A DNA stretch of 64,000 bases, from assembly GCA_965208655.1 (NCBI GenBank), contig CBDBPJ010000003.1:449324-513323 (forward strand), written 5' to 3'. The notes beneath the pieces are model-generated. The model was not told the origin of the DNA and searched no databases. It saw only the letters and a program-made list of their open reading frames with translations. Shown one piece after another: positions 18,183 through 29,036 of the stretch. This stretch comes from Gammaproteobacteria bacterium. GTDB taxonomy: Bacteria; Pseudomonadota; Gammaproteobacteria; Eutrophobiales; Eutrophobiaceae. Position numbers and translations under genes: made by a program. Numbering within the stretch: the stretch's first letter is position 1; every line of letters starts with the position of its first letter.

Positions 18183-19484
18183 TTGTATAAAAACTGCTAT
18201 CTTACTGAAAAAACGTCCTGTTGGAACAGAGTGAGTAACGATAATCTCCACATCCCGGGAGTCAGTCTCCGCCATCTCAAATCTGCCCTGTACGTCGCAG
18301 AATACAAAAACGTGACGCGCGCTGCCAACAAACTGAACCGTTCCCAGACCACCATTACTAAAGCAATCTGTGAATTGGAAGCAACCCTGGGCGCACGGCT
18401 GTTTGACCGGGCCGCAACGGGTATGATGCCCACAGTATATGGCGAAGCCCTGGCTCGCAGGGTAAGGCTGGTGGTTGATGAATTTGACAAGGCCGGGAAA
18501 TCGTACCAGGCATTCAAACCCGGCGGACGACACTACCACTCAATACCGGTTTTCTCACTGGATATCAGTTACAAGCGGTTGGCAGCCTTTGTGGCGCTTT
18601 ACGAGAAGCGTAACGTCAGTGCCGCTGCGCAGACTCTGGGGATAAGCAAAACAGCAGTCTATAACTCCATGCGATACCTGGAGGAGTTGCTGGAATTACC
18701 TCTTTTCCAGACTGAACCTCACGGGGTAACACCAACCGGCCTGGCTACGATTCTGGTACGACACACCAAACTGGCATTTTCACAAATCCATCAAGCCATT
18801 GACGATATCGCCAACCTGGATGGAGTGACCCAGGGACGCGTTGTCATCGGAACGCTGCCTTATACCCGAACCTACCTGACGCCTGTAGCCATCAACAGGT
18901 TACTGGAAAAATATCCCCAGATTGATGTGGTCACCCGGGAGGGTCCCTACGATATACTGGAGTCGTCTTTGCGAAGCGGCGATATCGACTTCATTGTGGG
19001 CGCCATTCGCAACATCGAAAACCGTGCTGATATCGTTACCGAAAAACTCTTTGAGGACCGGCTCTCTGTCATTGCGCGCAAGGACCACCCGCTGGCCGTC
19101 AGGTCAAGAATCAACTTCAAGGACATGCAGGATGCGCAATGGGTGTTGCCCGCCCGGGGAAGCCCCAGCCGGCAATTGTTCGATGAGACGCTGTTGCGTC
19201 ACGAAATGCGCGTGCCGGAGCATGCGGTGGAGACCAGTTCCCTGTCCATGGTAAGAGGCCTCCTGATGGACAGTGACCGGGTAGCCCTGTTGTCGGAACA
19301 CCAGATTTATTATGACATGCAGTTCGGCATACTGGACGTTTTGCCGGTCGTACTGGAGGACACTTATCGCCCCATCGGCCTGACGCTGCGAGCCCATACC
19401 CAACCCTCGCCCGCGGCTGAATTGTTCCTGGGATACCTCAGGGAAGTCTCAGGGGAAATTCACCACCAGGGCACGGCGACCTGA
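18183..19484 (+). CDS. LysR-family transcriptional regulator with two tandem N-terminal wHTH domains (start codon uncertain)
   Basis: There are two LysR-type HTH segments (LRHLKSALYVAEYKNVTRAANKLNRSQTTITKAICELE and YKRLAAFVALYEKRNVSAAAQTLGISKTAVYNSMRYLE), followed by one LysR substrate-binding domain. The gene is divergent from the lig operon. Confidence 0.8.
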   Translation: MYKNCYLTEKTSCWNRVSNDNLHIPGVSLRHLKSALYVAEYKNVTRAANKLNRSQTTITKAICELEATLGARLFDRAATGMMPTVYGEALARRVRLVVDEFDKAGKSYQAFKPGGRHYHSIPVFSLDISYKRLAAFVALYEKRNVSAAAQTLGISKTAVYNSMRYLEELLELPLFQTEPHGVTPTGLATILVRHTKLAFSQIHQAIDDIANLDGVTQGRVVIGTLPYTRTYLTPVAINRLLEKYPQIDVVTREGPYDILESSLRSGDIDFIVGAIRNIENRADIVTEKLFEDRLSVIARKDHPLAVRSRINFKDMQDAQWVLPARGSPSRQLFDETLLRHEMRVPEHAVETSSLSMVRGLLMDSDRVALLSEHQIYYDMQFGILDVLPVVLEDTYRPIGLTLRAHTQPSPAAELFLGYLREVSGEIHHQGTAT

Positions 19485-19505
19485 CCCCGTCACTCCCCAA
19501 TATCA

Positions 19506-20390
<885 letters not shown>

Positions 20391-20394
<4 letters not shown>

Positions 20395-21221
20395 TTACCG
20401 GCCCCGCTTCCGGCGGTAGTTCCGGCGTTTTGAATCGAGGGAATAGCCGGCAAGCCCTCGGACATGAGCTTTTTAAGATTTTCCACTGTGGAATCAGTCA
20501 TCAATGGCTCAATGCCCAGTTCCCGCAATAACACGGCAGATGCCTCCATTTCATGCAAGCGACGCTCAGCGTGCGCCTCGGATCCCGTAACCAGGCGCTC
20601 CAGCAAGCGTTCATCAGCCTGTGTAATTTCTGCACTGATGTTTTGCCACAACCACTCGGACAAACCCGCTTGTTCCGCACCACGCAAGGCTTCAATAACC
20701 ACGGCGGCCAATCCTTTTGTAAATACACTGCGTAACAACTTGCGGCTGGCCGCATCACCCGCCCTGGTTCCCAGAGATTCTACCGGCATGCCCAGGGGCA
20801 AAAAAGACCTCACAAACCGGTCAGCCCCCGTGCCCGCTGCCAGTGCCCGGGTACGTATGCCCCTGCCCGGCACGATCTCCACCAGGGCAATGTCGGCAAA
20901 AGCGATACCGCGTTCGGCTGCTTTCTCCGCCAGTTGGCGTTTCAAGCCCGCAGAACCTGTAGAAAAATCGGCATAGAGTGCATTTTGAGGTATCTGCTCG
21001 AAGGACTGTGACAATGCTGTAGCGGCATCCGAGGCCGCCGTCAATGCAAGGACCGCATCCACACTGGCTACCGCTTCTCCCGGGTCTTCGAAACGGCTTA
21101 CTCCAGCCGGCGTTATCACGGGTGCGGGATCGTAGGCTTGCACGGAAATCCCGGCCGACAGCAGGTCTGAACTGATGATTGAGCCGGCTTCGCCCAGACC
21201 GAATACGCATATGGTGTTCAT
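20391..21221 (-). CDS. NAD(P)-binding oxidoreductase (6PGDH-type Rossmann N-domain, DUF1932-like C-domain)
   Basis: 276 aa. Dinucleotide motif VFGLGEAGS at the N-terminus; its stop overlaps the ligI start (ATGA). Confidence 0.55.
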
Positions 21222-21530
21222 GAGTTCTCCAATTTATTACTATCGGCACTCTGAAAAATACCCGGAATAATAATATATCTCTCTCCTGGCGCAGCGGCGT
21301 TCAATTTGAAAGAGCATTACATTTTGTTGTTGGGCAGTGTATTGGAATAGTTAACATACGAGCCGTTTAGCTTTTAAAGTCAAAAACTTAACAGCAAAAG
21401 ACAGTTGCGTAACTATTTCCCATGACAATCAAAGCAAAAGCTATTGGAGCCCAGGACTTAAATAAACTATATCCAATATATAACTTTTTATACCGGCAAA
21501 ATTACTAATTTCGAAACTGGGGGCAAAATC

Positions 21531-24197
21531 GTGGAAAAGAAGATGGAATCAGGTACAAAAACAATCAACTCCACTCGGAACGGGCAAACAAGGCCTTTTG
21601 CTCCGACTCTGATGCTTGTATGTATGGCGGGTATTTTTTCATCTCCGGCTTCGGCGCAATCAGCGCTTGAAGAAATAACAGTCACCGCCCAACGCCGGGA
21701 GCAGAGTATCCAGGATATCCCCTATAATATTTCAGCCTATTCGGATGAGTATCTTAGAACCGCCCGGGCCTTCGATCTGGGCGACGTCTCCCGTCTCGTT
21801 CCGGGGCTCAATTTCAAGGACCAGGGCGCATCGCTGCGTTCAAGCCGGAATTCTTTTATTCTGCGCGGCATTAATGCCAATGATTCCAGGCTCATCTTCG
21901 GCACCGATGTCAGTTCCGGTGCAGTTTCGATGTATTTCGGCGAGACGCCGCTATTCTTTCCCATCGTTATGAAGGATATCGAACGGGTGGAAGTATTGCG
22001 CGGTCCGCAGGGGACTTTATACGGTTCGGGATCGCTCGGCGGGACAATCCGTTTCATACCGAAAGCGGCCGACCTGGGAGAGTTTTCGCTGGATGCCAAT
22101 GTGCATCTTGATTCCATGTGGGAATCCGATGAGGTTGGTTATGGCGGTGACGTTGCGGTCAACATTCCCCTGGTGGAAGATACCCTGGCCTTGAGGCTGG
22201 TGGCGAGCTGGGATGACCTGGGTGGCTTTGTGGACGGGGTCGGTCTTGTACAACGTGACAGCAGCGGCGAGCCTGTTCCAAGCGTAGCCGGAGACCTTGC
22301 GAGCGGATATGTGCTGGCTCCGGAAGAGGATACCAACGATACTCAATCTCACATGATTCGCGCGAACCTGCACTGGGTGCCGTCGGATACGGTCGATGTC
22401 CAGTTGACCTACCTCAACCAGAAGAGTGAAGTAGATGATTTTTCCGGGGTTAACCCCGGCTTTGACGGGGGGCTGGTTGACGCCAGTCTCGCTAATTTCC
22501 CCGGGTCGTTCTTTTCCAATGCAAATGCCTGTAATGGTGGCGTCGCATTCTCCAGGGATTTTTTCACCCCAAACCAGACTTGTCTTGGCACGGGTGGGAA
22601 TACGCTCTACGCGAACAGTGGCGTAACGATTCCTGATGCAGGTGACTATGATCACACCATGTTCGTCAAATCAGCCGGCGAGAGCAAGGCTGACATTTTT
22701 AACGCGGAAGTGAACATCGATCTTGGCATAGCTTCGGTTACATCTTCGACTTCCTATTCGGAAGTCAGCTATTTCAATACCCCTGATTTTACCGGCTTTG
22801 ATTTGCCAACCAGGGCGCCGGGGGGGTCAAGTGTGGCAACCTTTAATTCGTTTTATCCGCGAGCTGCCGGGGTCACCTCTTCCTTTGACGAAACCGAGCG
22901 GTTTACACAGGAAATTCGCTTCACGTCAAATGGAGATAACAAGATTGACTACGTAATCGGCGCTTATTATGAAGACAGGGAATCGGTCGGTGCGACTATT
23001 ACCACGCAACCGGGGTTAAGTGAATTTGATACGACCATCAATGTGGCAAACCTCGGATTTCCCCGCGGCAGGAACAACGCCAATCACCCGGACGTCACCT
23101 TTGCGGAAGACAGGCTTTTTAAGTTTGAAGATATCGCCGTCTTTGGTGAGTTGACCTTGCACGTAACCAATCAATGGCAGGTTACCGGTGGGATACGGGC
23201 ATTCTGGCAGGAATTTTCCCACGACTTTGAATCGTTAATACCGTTTTGCGGTCTGTTCTGTTCAAGCCCCGAGCAGCCCCGGTTTTTCGAAGGCGGCACG
23301 ACCGTTAATGATGCAAAGCGGGATTTTGAAGACCAGATTTTCAAGGTCAACACGTCATATGATATCAACGACGATATGATGGCTTATTTTACCTGGGCCG
23401 AAGGGTTCCGCCATGGCGGCGCCAATGCGCTTCCGCAAGGTGGCCGCCAGGCTTCCTTGCCGTCATTGCTCCAGTTTCAACCGGATTCGACAACCAATTG
23501 GGAAGTGGGTTTGAAAGGTTCTCTCTCGGAGCATATAAACTATTCAATCGCGGCGTATCTTGTTGAATGGGACAATTTTCAGTTTGAATCTCTGGTAATC
23601 AATGGATTTAAGGTTGTGCTGAATGGAGCTGAAGCCGAAACAAAAGGTATTGAGCTGGAACTGAACGGAAACCTGGGTGAAGGCCTGACATACAATTTCG
23701 GCTATTCATACGTCGATGCGGAGGTCACAAAGGATTTCGTCGTATCAGACTATGTCGCCGGAACGACAGGATCCTTTTTTATACCGCCCTTCACGGTACT
23801 CCCTCTTATTACGGTTTCAGACGGCGATCCGTTGCCGAGTGTGCCTGACCATACCTTTGCATTCGCCCTCGATTACCTGCAACCACTCAATATGAATAAC
23901 TGGTCGCTCGCCTGGCACGTGGATGGAAAATACGCCAGCGACACACAATCGACGTTTAATGAAAATGTAAATCTGGGACGGGATTTCTTCGAAATTGACT
24001 CTTATGCCGTGTTTAATGCATCAGTAGCACTGGAGTCCAATGACAACTGGACTGCATCACTGTTTGTGCGCAATATAGGGAATGAACAGAATTTATCTGC
24101 CGGAAATACCGCAGCATCAGCCGGCGGCGTGCACCAGTACTATTTCACCTTGCGGCCACGCACAATCGGTCTGGCCTTCAATTTCCGATACAATTAA
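21531..24197 (+). CDS. TonB-dependent receptor
   Basis: 888 aa. Signal peptide, a plug region (LEEITVTAQRREQSIQDIP, VEVLRGPQGTLYGSGSLGG) and a long beta-barrel with alternating aromatic residues. Confidence 0.9.
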   Translation: MEKKMESGTKTINSTRNGQTRPFAPTLMLVCMAGIFSSPASAQSALEEITVTAQRREQSIQDIPYNISAYSDEYLRTARAFDLGDVSRLVPGLNFKDQGASLRSSRNSFILRGINANDSRLIFGTDVSSGAVSMYFGETPLFFPIVMKDIERVEVLRGPQGTLYGSGSLGGTIRFIPKAADLGEFSLDANVHLDSMWESDEVGYGGDVAVNIPLVEDTLALRLVASWDDLGGFVDGVGLVQRDSSGEPVPSVAGDLASGYVLAPEEDTNDTQSHMIRANLHWVPSDTVDVQLTYLNQKSEVDDFSGVNPGFDGGLVDASLANFPGSFFSNANACNGGVAFSRDFFTPNQTCLGTGGNTLYANSGVTIPDAGDYDHTMFVKSAGESKADIFNAEVNIDLGIASVTSSTSYSEVSYFNTPDFTGFDLPTRAPGGSSVATFNSFYPRAAGVTSSFDETERFTQEIRFTSNGDNKIDYVIGAYYEDRESVGATITTQPGLSEFDTTINVANLGFPRGRNNANHPDVTFAEDRLFKFEDIAVFGELTLHVTNQWQVTGGIRAFWQEFSHDFESLIPFCGLFCSSPEQPRFFEGGTTVNDAKRDFEDQIFKVNTSYDINDDMMAYFTWAEGFRHGGANALPQGGRQASLPSLLQFQPDSTTNWEVGLKGSLSEHINYSIAAYLVEWDNFQFESLVINGFKVVLNGAEAETKGIELELNGNLGEGLTYNFGYSYVDAEVTKDFVVSDYVAGTTGSFFIPPFTVLPLITVSDGDPLPSVPDHTFAFALDYLQPLNMNNWSLAWHVDGKYASDTQSTFNENVNLGRDFFEIDSYAVFNASVALESNDNWTASLFVRNIGNEQNLSAGNTAASAGGVHQYYFTLRPRTIGLAFNFRYN

Positions 24198-24301
24198 AGT
24201 CCTTTGAAGTTATCTGTCGAAGCCGCCGCATCCTTTCCGGCGGCTTCATCTCGCAAAGCAAACCGGTTACGACCTGACCCCATGCTACATGGGGAAACAG
24301 C

Positions 24302-25522
24302 ATGAACGAATTCAGGAAAGGCTGGGGACCCTTGCTGGCCGCAACGGTAGGCATGATGTGCGGCTTGCTCACAATAACCAATTACTCACAGGGATTCTTC
24401 GTTGGTCCCGTTACGGCCGACCTTGGCTGGTCGGTGCCGGAGTTTTTCTTTGCGTTCACGATCTCGGCCTGTCTGGGGCTTATTACTGCCCCGCTAATCG
24501 GTTCGCTCGCATTGAAGTACGGCATCAAGCGCATGGGTATTCTCGGACTCGTCGGACACGCGCTGGCGTACGTATTGATGTCGCTGAACAATGGTTCGCT
24601 GGCGCTCTGGTACCTGACATTCGCAGCTCTGGCATTTCTCGCAGCGGGTACGCTGCCGGTCATCTGGACGGCCGTCCTCAACGGCTGGTTTGAGAAGAAT
24701 CGCGGCAAGGCAATCGGCATTACGATGGCGGGTACCGGGTTAGGCGCATTCCTGTTACCGCCGATCGCTGAGTTCCTGATTTCCAACTATGGCTGGCGGA
24801 CGGCATATCAGGCTATCGGTATCGGTGCGTTGGTGGTGTCCCTGCCGATAGTCGTTTTGTTGTTCAACGAAAACCCGGAAGCGGGGTCCGGCAAAGCAAA
24901 TTCGACGGCGCCGGATACAAGCTGGGGAATGACGCGGGCGGAGGCGCTGCGCGGGTACCGTTTCTGGGTGCTCGGGTGTGTATTGTTCATCACTGTTTTC
25001 GTCATTGTCGGTTTGCTTTCGAATTTCGAGAGAATCATGGTGGCCCGCGGATTGGCACGCGCGGATATTGCTGGTATCGCGGCGATTATGGGGTTGACCG
25101 TAATTATCGGTCGACTGCTGGTCGGCGTATTGATTGACAGATTCTGGGCGCCTGGCGTCGCATCGGTGTTTATCGTGATGCCCATCATCGCAATGTTGCT
25201 GATGAAATACGGTGTCCCGTCCATGGGGACCGGAATAGTAGTCGGTATCCTTATAGGACTTGCCGCAGGCGCCGAACTGGACATGCTTGCCTATCTTACC
25301 GGCCGTTACTTCGGCCCTGCACACTACCCGGCAGTATTCGGCGGCATTTTTGCTTTTTTTACGGTTGGCGCCGGTATTGCGCCACCACTGTTCGGCGCAG
25401 GCGCGGCGGCTTGGCAGGGGTACGGTATGGTACTGAACGGCTCCATCGGGTTATTGATCCTGTCGATCATATTGTACCTGAGCCTGGGCAAATACCCGGA
25501 CGCCCGGCGTTCCCTTGGTTAG
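24302..25522 (+). CDS. MFS transporter
   Basis: 406 aa with 12 predicted hydrophobic segments and an MFS loop (GIKRMGILG). Confidence 0.8.
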   Translation: MNEFRKGWGPLLAATVGMMCGLLTITNYSQGFFVGPVTADLGWSVPEFFFAFTISACLGLITAPLIGSLALKYGIKRMGILGLVGHALAYVLMSLNNGSLALWYLTFAALAFLAAGTLPVIWTAVLNGWFEKNRGKAIGITMAGTGLGAFLLPPIAEFLISNYGWRTAYQAIGIGALVVSLPIVVLLFNENPEAGSGKANSTAPDTSWGMTRAEALRGYRFWVLGCVLFITVFVIVGLLSNFERIMVARGLARADIAGIAAIMGLTVIIGRLLVGVLIDRFWAPGVASVFIVMPIIAMLLMKYGVPSMGTGIVVGILIGLAAGAELDMLAYLTGRYFGPAHYPAVFGGIFAFFTVGAGIAPPLFGAGAAAWQGYGMVLNGSIGLLILSIILYLSLGKYPDARRSLG

Positions 25523-25533
25523 GCACCGGTACC

Positions 25534-25947
25534 CTATTGTGGCATGTAGTTAATTCTGAAGGGGTTTCCTTCCGGGTCTCTTAATACCGCTTGATACCAA
25601 CCATAGTAGGTTTCAAACGGCGGTTTAAGCATTGTTCCACCCAGTTCAACTGCATAATTGCAACGAGCATCAACATCTTCCCGGCTTGATGCACCAAAGG
25701 TCATTAAGAGTGTGTCTGTTTGGGCATCTGGTTTAGTTAGTGACAAAAGCCCGTAGGCATCCAGGCTACTTATGCCGATACAGCATGCGCCTGTTTCGAA
25801 GCCTCTGAAATAATCTGAACGACTTGCCGTTATCTCTTCAAGATTAAATAGTGTTTGATAATACTCAGCAAGGGCAACCATGTTCTTTGCAAACACATTG
25901 ACATAGAATAATGGATATTTATTCATTTTATTTCTTAAAAGAGTCAA
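25534..25947 (-). CDS. VOC/glyoxalase-fold family protein (candidate)
   Basis: 137 aa. The C-terminal YYGWYQAVLRDPEGNPFRI is typical of the glyoxalase/bleomycin-resistance fold. Confidence 0.5.
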   Translation of the reverse strand: MTLLRNKMNKYPLFYVNVFAKNMVALAEYYQTLFNLEEITASRSDYFRGFETGACCIGISSLDAYGLLSLTKPDAQTDTLLMTFGASSREDVDARCNYAVELGGTMLKPPFETYYGWYQAVLRDPEGNPFRINYMPQ

Positions 25948-26927
25948 GCTGATTTTCCGTACGTTTTCTCATACATGTAAGCAACATGTTCCCCGGCAGT
26001 CGTCTCCGGGAAATCCAGTTCTCCGGATTCAGGCACGCAGGAAGGGACACATTTGACCTTGTAAAAATAATCGGGATCAAAGAAAGTGGGGCAGGAATAG
26101 CGGCTTTTGCCACTCTGGTTATTAACGACACGGTGCATATTGGAGCGATATACACCATTGGTGAACACACGCATCATTTCGCCCAGATTGACGACAAACG
26201 TGCCTTCTATTGGAGGGGTTCTGATCCAGTCACCTGCGGAGTTTTGCACTTCCAATCCGCCAATATCGTCCTGCAAAAGCATGGTTAACATACCCCAGTC
26301 CGTGTGTGCCCCTGCCCCAAGTTGATTGGCAACAATTTCGGAATCCTGGGATGGATAATGCAGCAGACGGCCAACTATCACGGGTTCGGATAAGCCCTCG
26401 TCGAAATAAGCCTCGGTCAGATCCAGTGACAAGGCGAGTATCTTTGAAAGCGTTCTACCCAGGTCCCGCATCAAATCAACATATTCATTAAATGAATCTT
26501 TAAAACCCTCAGGCTGTTCCGGCCATTGATTTGAACCCGTGTTGGGTACTCCTCGTTTCACATAAGGGTGGTTTTCATCCAGGTCATTACCGATAAGAAA
26601 GCCTTCTTTTAAATCGGGTGGCGAACCTTCGTCTAACGTCTGTGCCGCGATAGGTTCGTAGCCGCGAGTACAAGATGAGTTGTTGATATGAACTCTATTC
26701 TTTTCCTCTGCAGGCAATTCGAAGAAAAATCTTGCCAGCTCAAGATGTTGCTCCATTCGCTCAAGAGAAATGCCGTGGTTACTGATATAAAAGAATCCTG
26801 TTTCCCTGGAGGCTTTATGCACCTCCCATGCCACGGCTTTCTTCGCCTCTATATCACCGGAAAAATAAGGGGTAAGGTCGATAACCGGTATCCTGTCAGC
26901 GGCCTTTGCGGGGGTGTAAATAATCAT
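25944..26927 (-). CDS. 2OG-Fe(II) oxygenase (isopenicillin N synthase-like family)
   Basis: 327 aa. IPVIDL...GFFYISNHGI at the N-terminus, plus HTDWGMLT and NMHRV iron/2OG motifs. Confidence 0.8.
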   Translation of the reverse strand: MIIYTPAKAADRIPVIDLTPYFSGDIEAKKAVAWEVHKASRETGFFYISNHGISLERMEQHLELARFFFELPAEEKNRVHINNSSCTRGYEPIAAQTLDEGSPPDLKEGFLIGNDLDENHPYVKRGVPNTGSNQWPEQPEGFKDSFNEYVDLMRDLGRTLSKILALSLDLTEAYFDEGLSEPVIVGRLLHYPSQDSEIVANQLGAGAHTDWGMLTMLLQDDIGGLEVQNSAGDWIRTPPIEGTFVVNLGEMMRVFTNGVYRSNMHRVVNNQSGKSRYSCPTFFDPDYFYKVKCVPSCVPESGELDFPETTAGEHVAYMYEKTYGKSA

Positions 26928-27017
26928 ATGCCGCCGCTAAATTCGGAATTTACTTTCACCCGGTTTGACTGCATTCAGTCGTTCTACGTTCCGCTCCCAT
27001 TTAACTCGACTCTGAGT

Positions 27018-27032
27018 TCGGTTACTTCGCTG
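27018..27032 (+). repeat. Candidate left att-type direct repeat of the genomic island (TCGGTTACTTCGCTG)
   Basis: 14/15 identity, including a perfect 12-mer GTTACTTCGCTG, with 60377-60391 in the same orientation. The partner lies about 130 bp from the integrase start. Confidence 0.35.
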
Positions 27033-27265
27033 GTAATAGTATATATATATCAACCTACTGATTTATAAAGATATTAATTATTTAATAGTAACTGTTTCCC
27101 ACATCATTACCAACATTCAGACGTGGCTTTCGGGAGAGTAACATAAACACGGGTAGATATAAACGGGGGTGATAGGATTCTTGTGACGGCCCGCTTGTGG
27201 TGAGTGGGCGGGGGCACTTCCGAGGGTTCCCGCCTACGGTCTCCGGTGCCCCCTGCCGTCATCAG

Positions 27266-27290
27266 GGCCGGGTTCGTCCCGGCCTTTTGT
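27266..27290 (+). terminator. Intrinsic terminator-like hairpin GGCCGGG-TTCGT-CCCGGCC followed by TTTTGT
   Basis: Read directly. It is preceded by a GC-rich stem (GGGGGCAC...GTGCCCCC at about 27213-27255), suggesting a short structured transcript. Confidence 0.45.
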
Positions 27291-27358
27291 TATCCGGCTC
27301 CCTGTACGTTCCATGTGTTTGTCACGGTATCATGTGAAAAGGAGTGCGTTTTTTCGGG

Positions 27359-27376
27359 GTGTGATCATGATCACAC
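27359..27376. promoter_or_regulatory. 18-bp perfect palindrome GTGTGATCATGATCACAC (candidate operator)
   Basis: Read directly; it lies in non-coding DNA at the edge of the phage-derived segment. Confidence 0.3.
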
Positions 27377-27423
27377 TTTGGTTTTTTCGTACCAAAAGCC
27401 CTGAAAAACCACCATGATTTGAA

Positions 27424-27452
27424 TAAAAAAACCGCTTTGTGCTACGCAAAGC
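27424..27452 (-). terminator. Intrinsic terminator for the minus-strand phage-like gene (GCTTTGCGTAGCACAAAGC + T-run)
   Basis: Hairpin GCTTTG/CAAAGC followed on the minus strand by TTTTTTT, about 20 nt after the TAA at 27469. Confidence 0.5.
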
Positions 27453-27468
27453 CTATCTTGCCTCCTCT

Positions 27469-28125
27469 TTAGTCATCATAAACCAGCAAGGTCTTACTTT
27501 TGCCGGCACGTATGCCGGCTTTCAACATTTTCAGCCGGTCGTCCTGGCCGTCGTCTTCGCCGCCCTGATCTTGTGGGTAGGGCAGAAAATGTCCCACTGC
27601 GCCGCCCGCTTCCTAGCCCAGGCATGTTTCCAGGCTCGCGGCAAGGGTACCCGTCGCCTCGGCCCATTGCAGCGGTCCCAGGCCATATCACGGCCGCGAG
27701 GGGTCGACGGCATATTTTGCGTGGATTACCCCAGTGCTTGGGACGAAATAGGTCAGATTACCCGAAGGGAATTCATACAGGCGATAGAACCAGGCCGGTT
27801 CCGCGGGTCCGCCCCTTACGTCCCAGCTCCCGGCCGGCCGCAACGCCAGGGCGCCGCCCTCGACAACGATGCGGAACAAGGACTCGCCGCGCTTTATGAG
27901 ATTTCTTGCCAGCAGGCCCACCACACCAGAGGTCAGGGCCGGGTGGTTGACGGAGGCCGCAGAAAAACGGGCCGCATACAGGGATGCCGCATTCTCCAGC
28001 GCCCCGATAGCGGAAGGGTTCGGAGTCGTCGTGCCACTTGAGCCCCGGATATTGGACTGGATGACGGAATCAGAGAATGGTTGCGTTTCCAGTTTCTCGG
28101 GTTGTTTTTGCCAGGGCCAGCGCAT
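27469..28125 (-). pseudogene. Phage structural gene remnant (portal-like), with in-frame TGA (27688-27690) and TAG (27613-27615)
   Basis: One continuous frame of 219 codons from the ATG at 28125 (MRWPWQKQ...). The translation reads through ...AVDPSRP*YGLGPLQWAEATG...CLG*EAGG.... The VIHAKYAVDPSRP(W)YGLGPL region resembles portal-protein motifs, from memory only. Confidence 0.35.
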
Positions 28126-28253
28126 CACGTCTCCCGCAGCAGGGTCGCGACGGTAGGGTGTCGGTGTCAACAGGAAATTAAAATGTCCACTTTTCAGGAT
28201 TCTAAAATGTCCCCTGGTGGATAAAGAAATGGCTGTGTCAATCATCTTGTGAA

Positions 28254-29036
28254 TCAGTCCGTATCTGGCAACTGTTCCGGTTTCATTACCGGCGCCCGCC
28301 CCAATAACCCCGCCTTGCGCTTCTCCTTCAACCGGTAACTCTCACCCTTGATATTCAGGGTGGTGGCATGGTGCAGCAAACGGTCCAGGATCGCCGTGGC
28401 CAGCACCTGGTCACCGAAGATCTCGCCCCAGTCGATGAAGCTCTTGTTGGAGGTGAGGATGAGGCTGGCCTTCTCATAGCGGCGTTGGATGAGCCGGAAC
28501 AACAAACTGGCATCCTCCCGGGACAGGGGCAGGTAGCCCATTTCGTCGAGTATAAGGACTTTGGGGTAGACCCATTGCTGCAGTTGTTTCTCCAGGCGGT
28601 TCTCATCCCGGGCCCGTTTCAGTTTGCTGAGCAGGTTGTCCAGGGTCAGGAACAGGACCCGGTGCCCGGCTTCCACGGCTTTCACGCCCAGGGCGACGGC
28701 CAGGTGCGTCTTGCCCACTCCCGGCGGTCCCAGCAGGATGACGTTCTCGCCCCGTTCCACAAACGCCAGGCCCGCCAGGGTCTTGACCAGTTTGCGGTCC
28801 AGGCTCGGCTGGAACGTGAAGTCGAACTGTGCCAGGGTCTTCACCCAGGGCAGGCGCGCCTGCCGCAGTCGGCTGTCCACCCCGTTAACGTGGCGTCCCT
28901 GCCATTCGACCCGTAAGGCCTCGGTTAAAAAGGCCGGATAATCCCATTCCTGTTTGGCGGCCTGTTCACACACCGTCTCCAGTTGTGCCGGCAGGTGCTG
29001 GAACTTCAGCTTCGTCATTAATTGTGTCAGTTCCAT
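28254..29036 (-). CDS. istB: IS21 helper ATPase IstB
   Basis: Walker A GPPGVGKTH, Walker B LILDEMGY, IstB-type C-terminus. The start is taken at MELTQLMTKLKF (29036), overlapping the end of istA. Confidence 0.9.
   Translation of the reverse strand: MELTQLMTKLKFQHLPAQLETVCEQAAKQEWDYPAFLTEALRVEWQGRHVNGVDSRLRQARLPWVKTLAQFDFTFQPSLDRKLVKTLAGLAFVERGENVILLGPPGVGKTHLAVALGVKAVEAGHRVLFLTLDNLLSKLKRARDENRLEKQLQQWVYPKVLILDEMGYLPLSREDASLLFRLIQRRYEKASLILTSNKSFIDWGEIFGDQVLATAILDRLLHHATTLNIKGESYRLKEKRKAGLLGRAPVMKPEQLPDTD

Noticed and set aside
27259-27265. CUGAUGA (hammerhead ribozyme core) on the minus strand within the structured segment
   Set aside because: The expected GAAA box and the stem III/cleavage-site arrangement are not present after the putative stem II. 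It is probably a chance heptamer.
27688-27690. In-frame TGA in the phage portal-like gene as a selenocysteine codon
   Set aside because: The context suggests Trp (TGG). A second in-frame stop is TAG. There is no redox motif, and neighbouring phage genes are also decayed. A pseudogene is the simpler reading.
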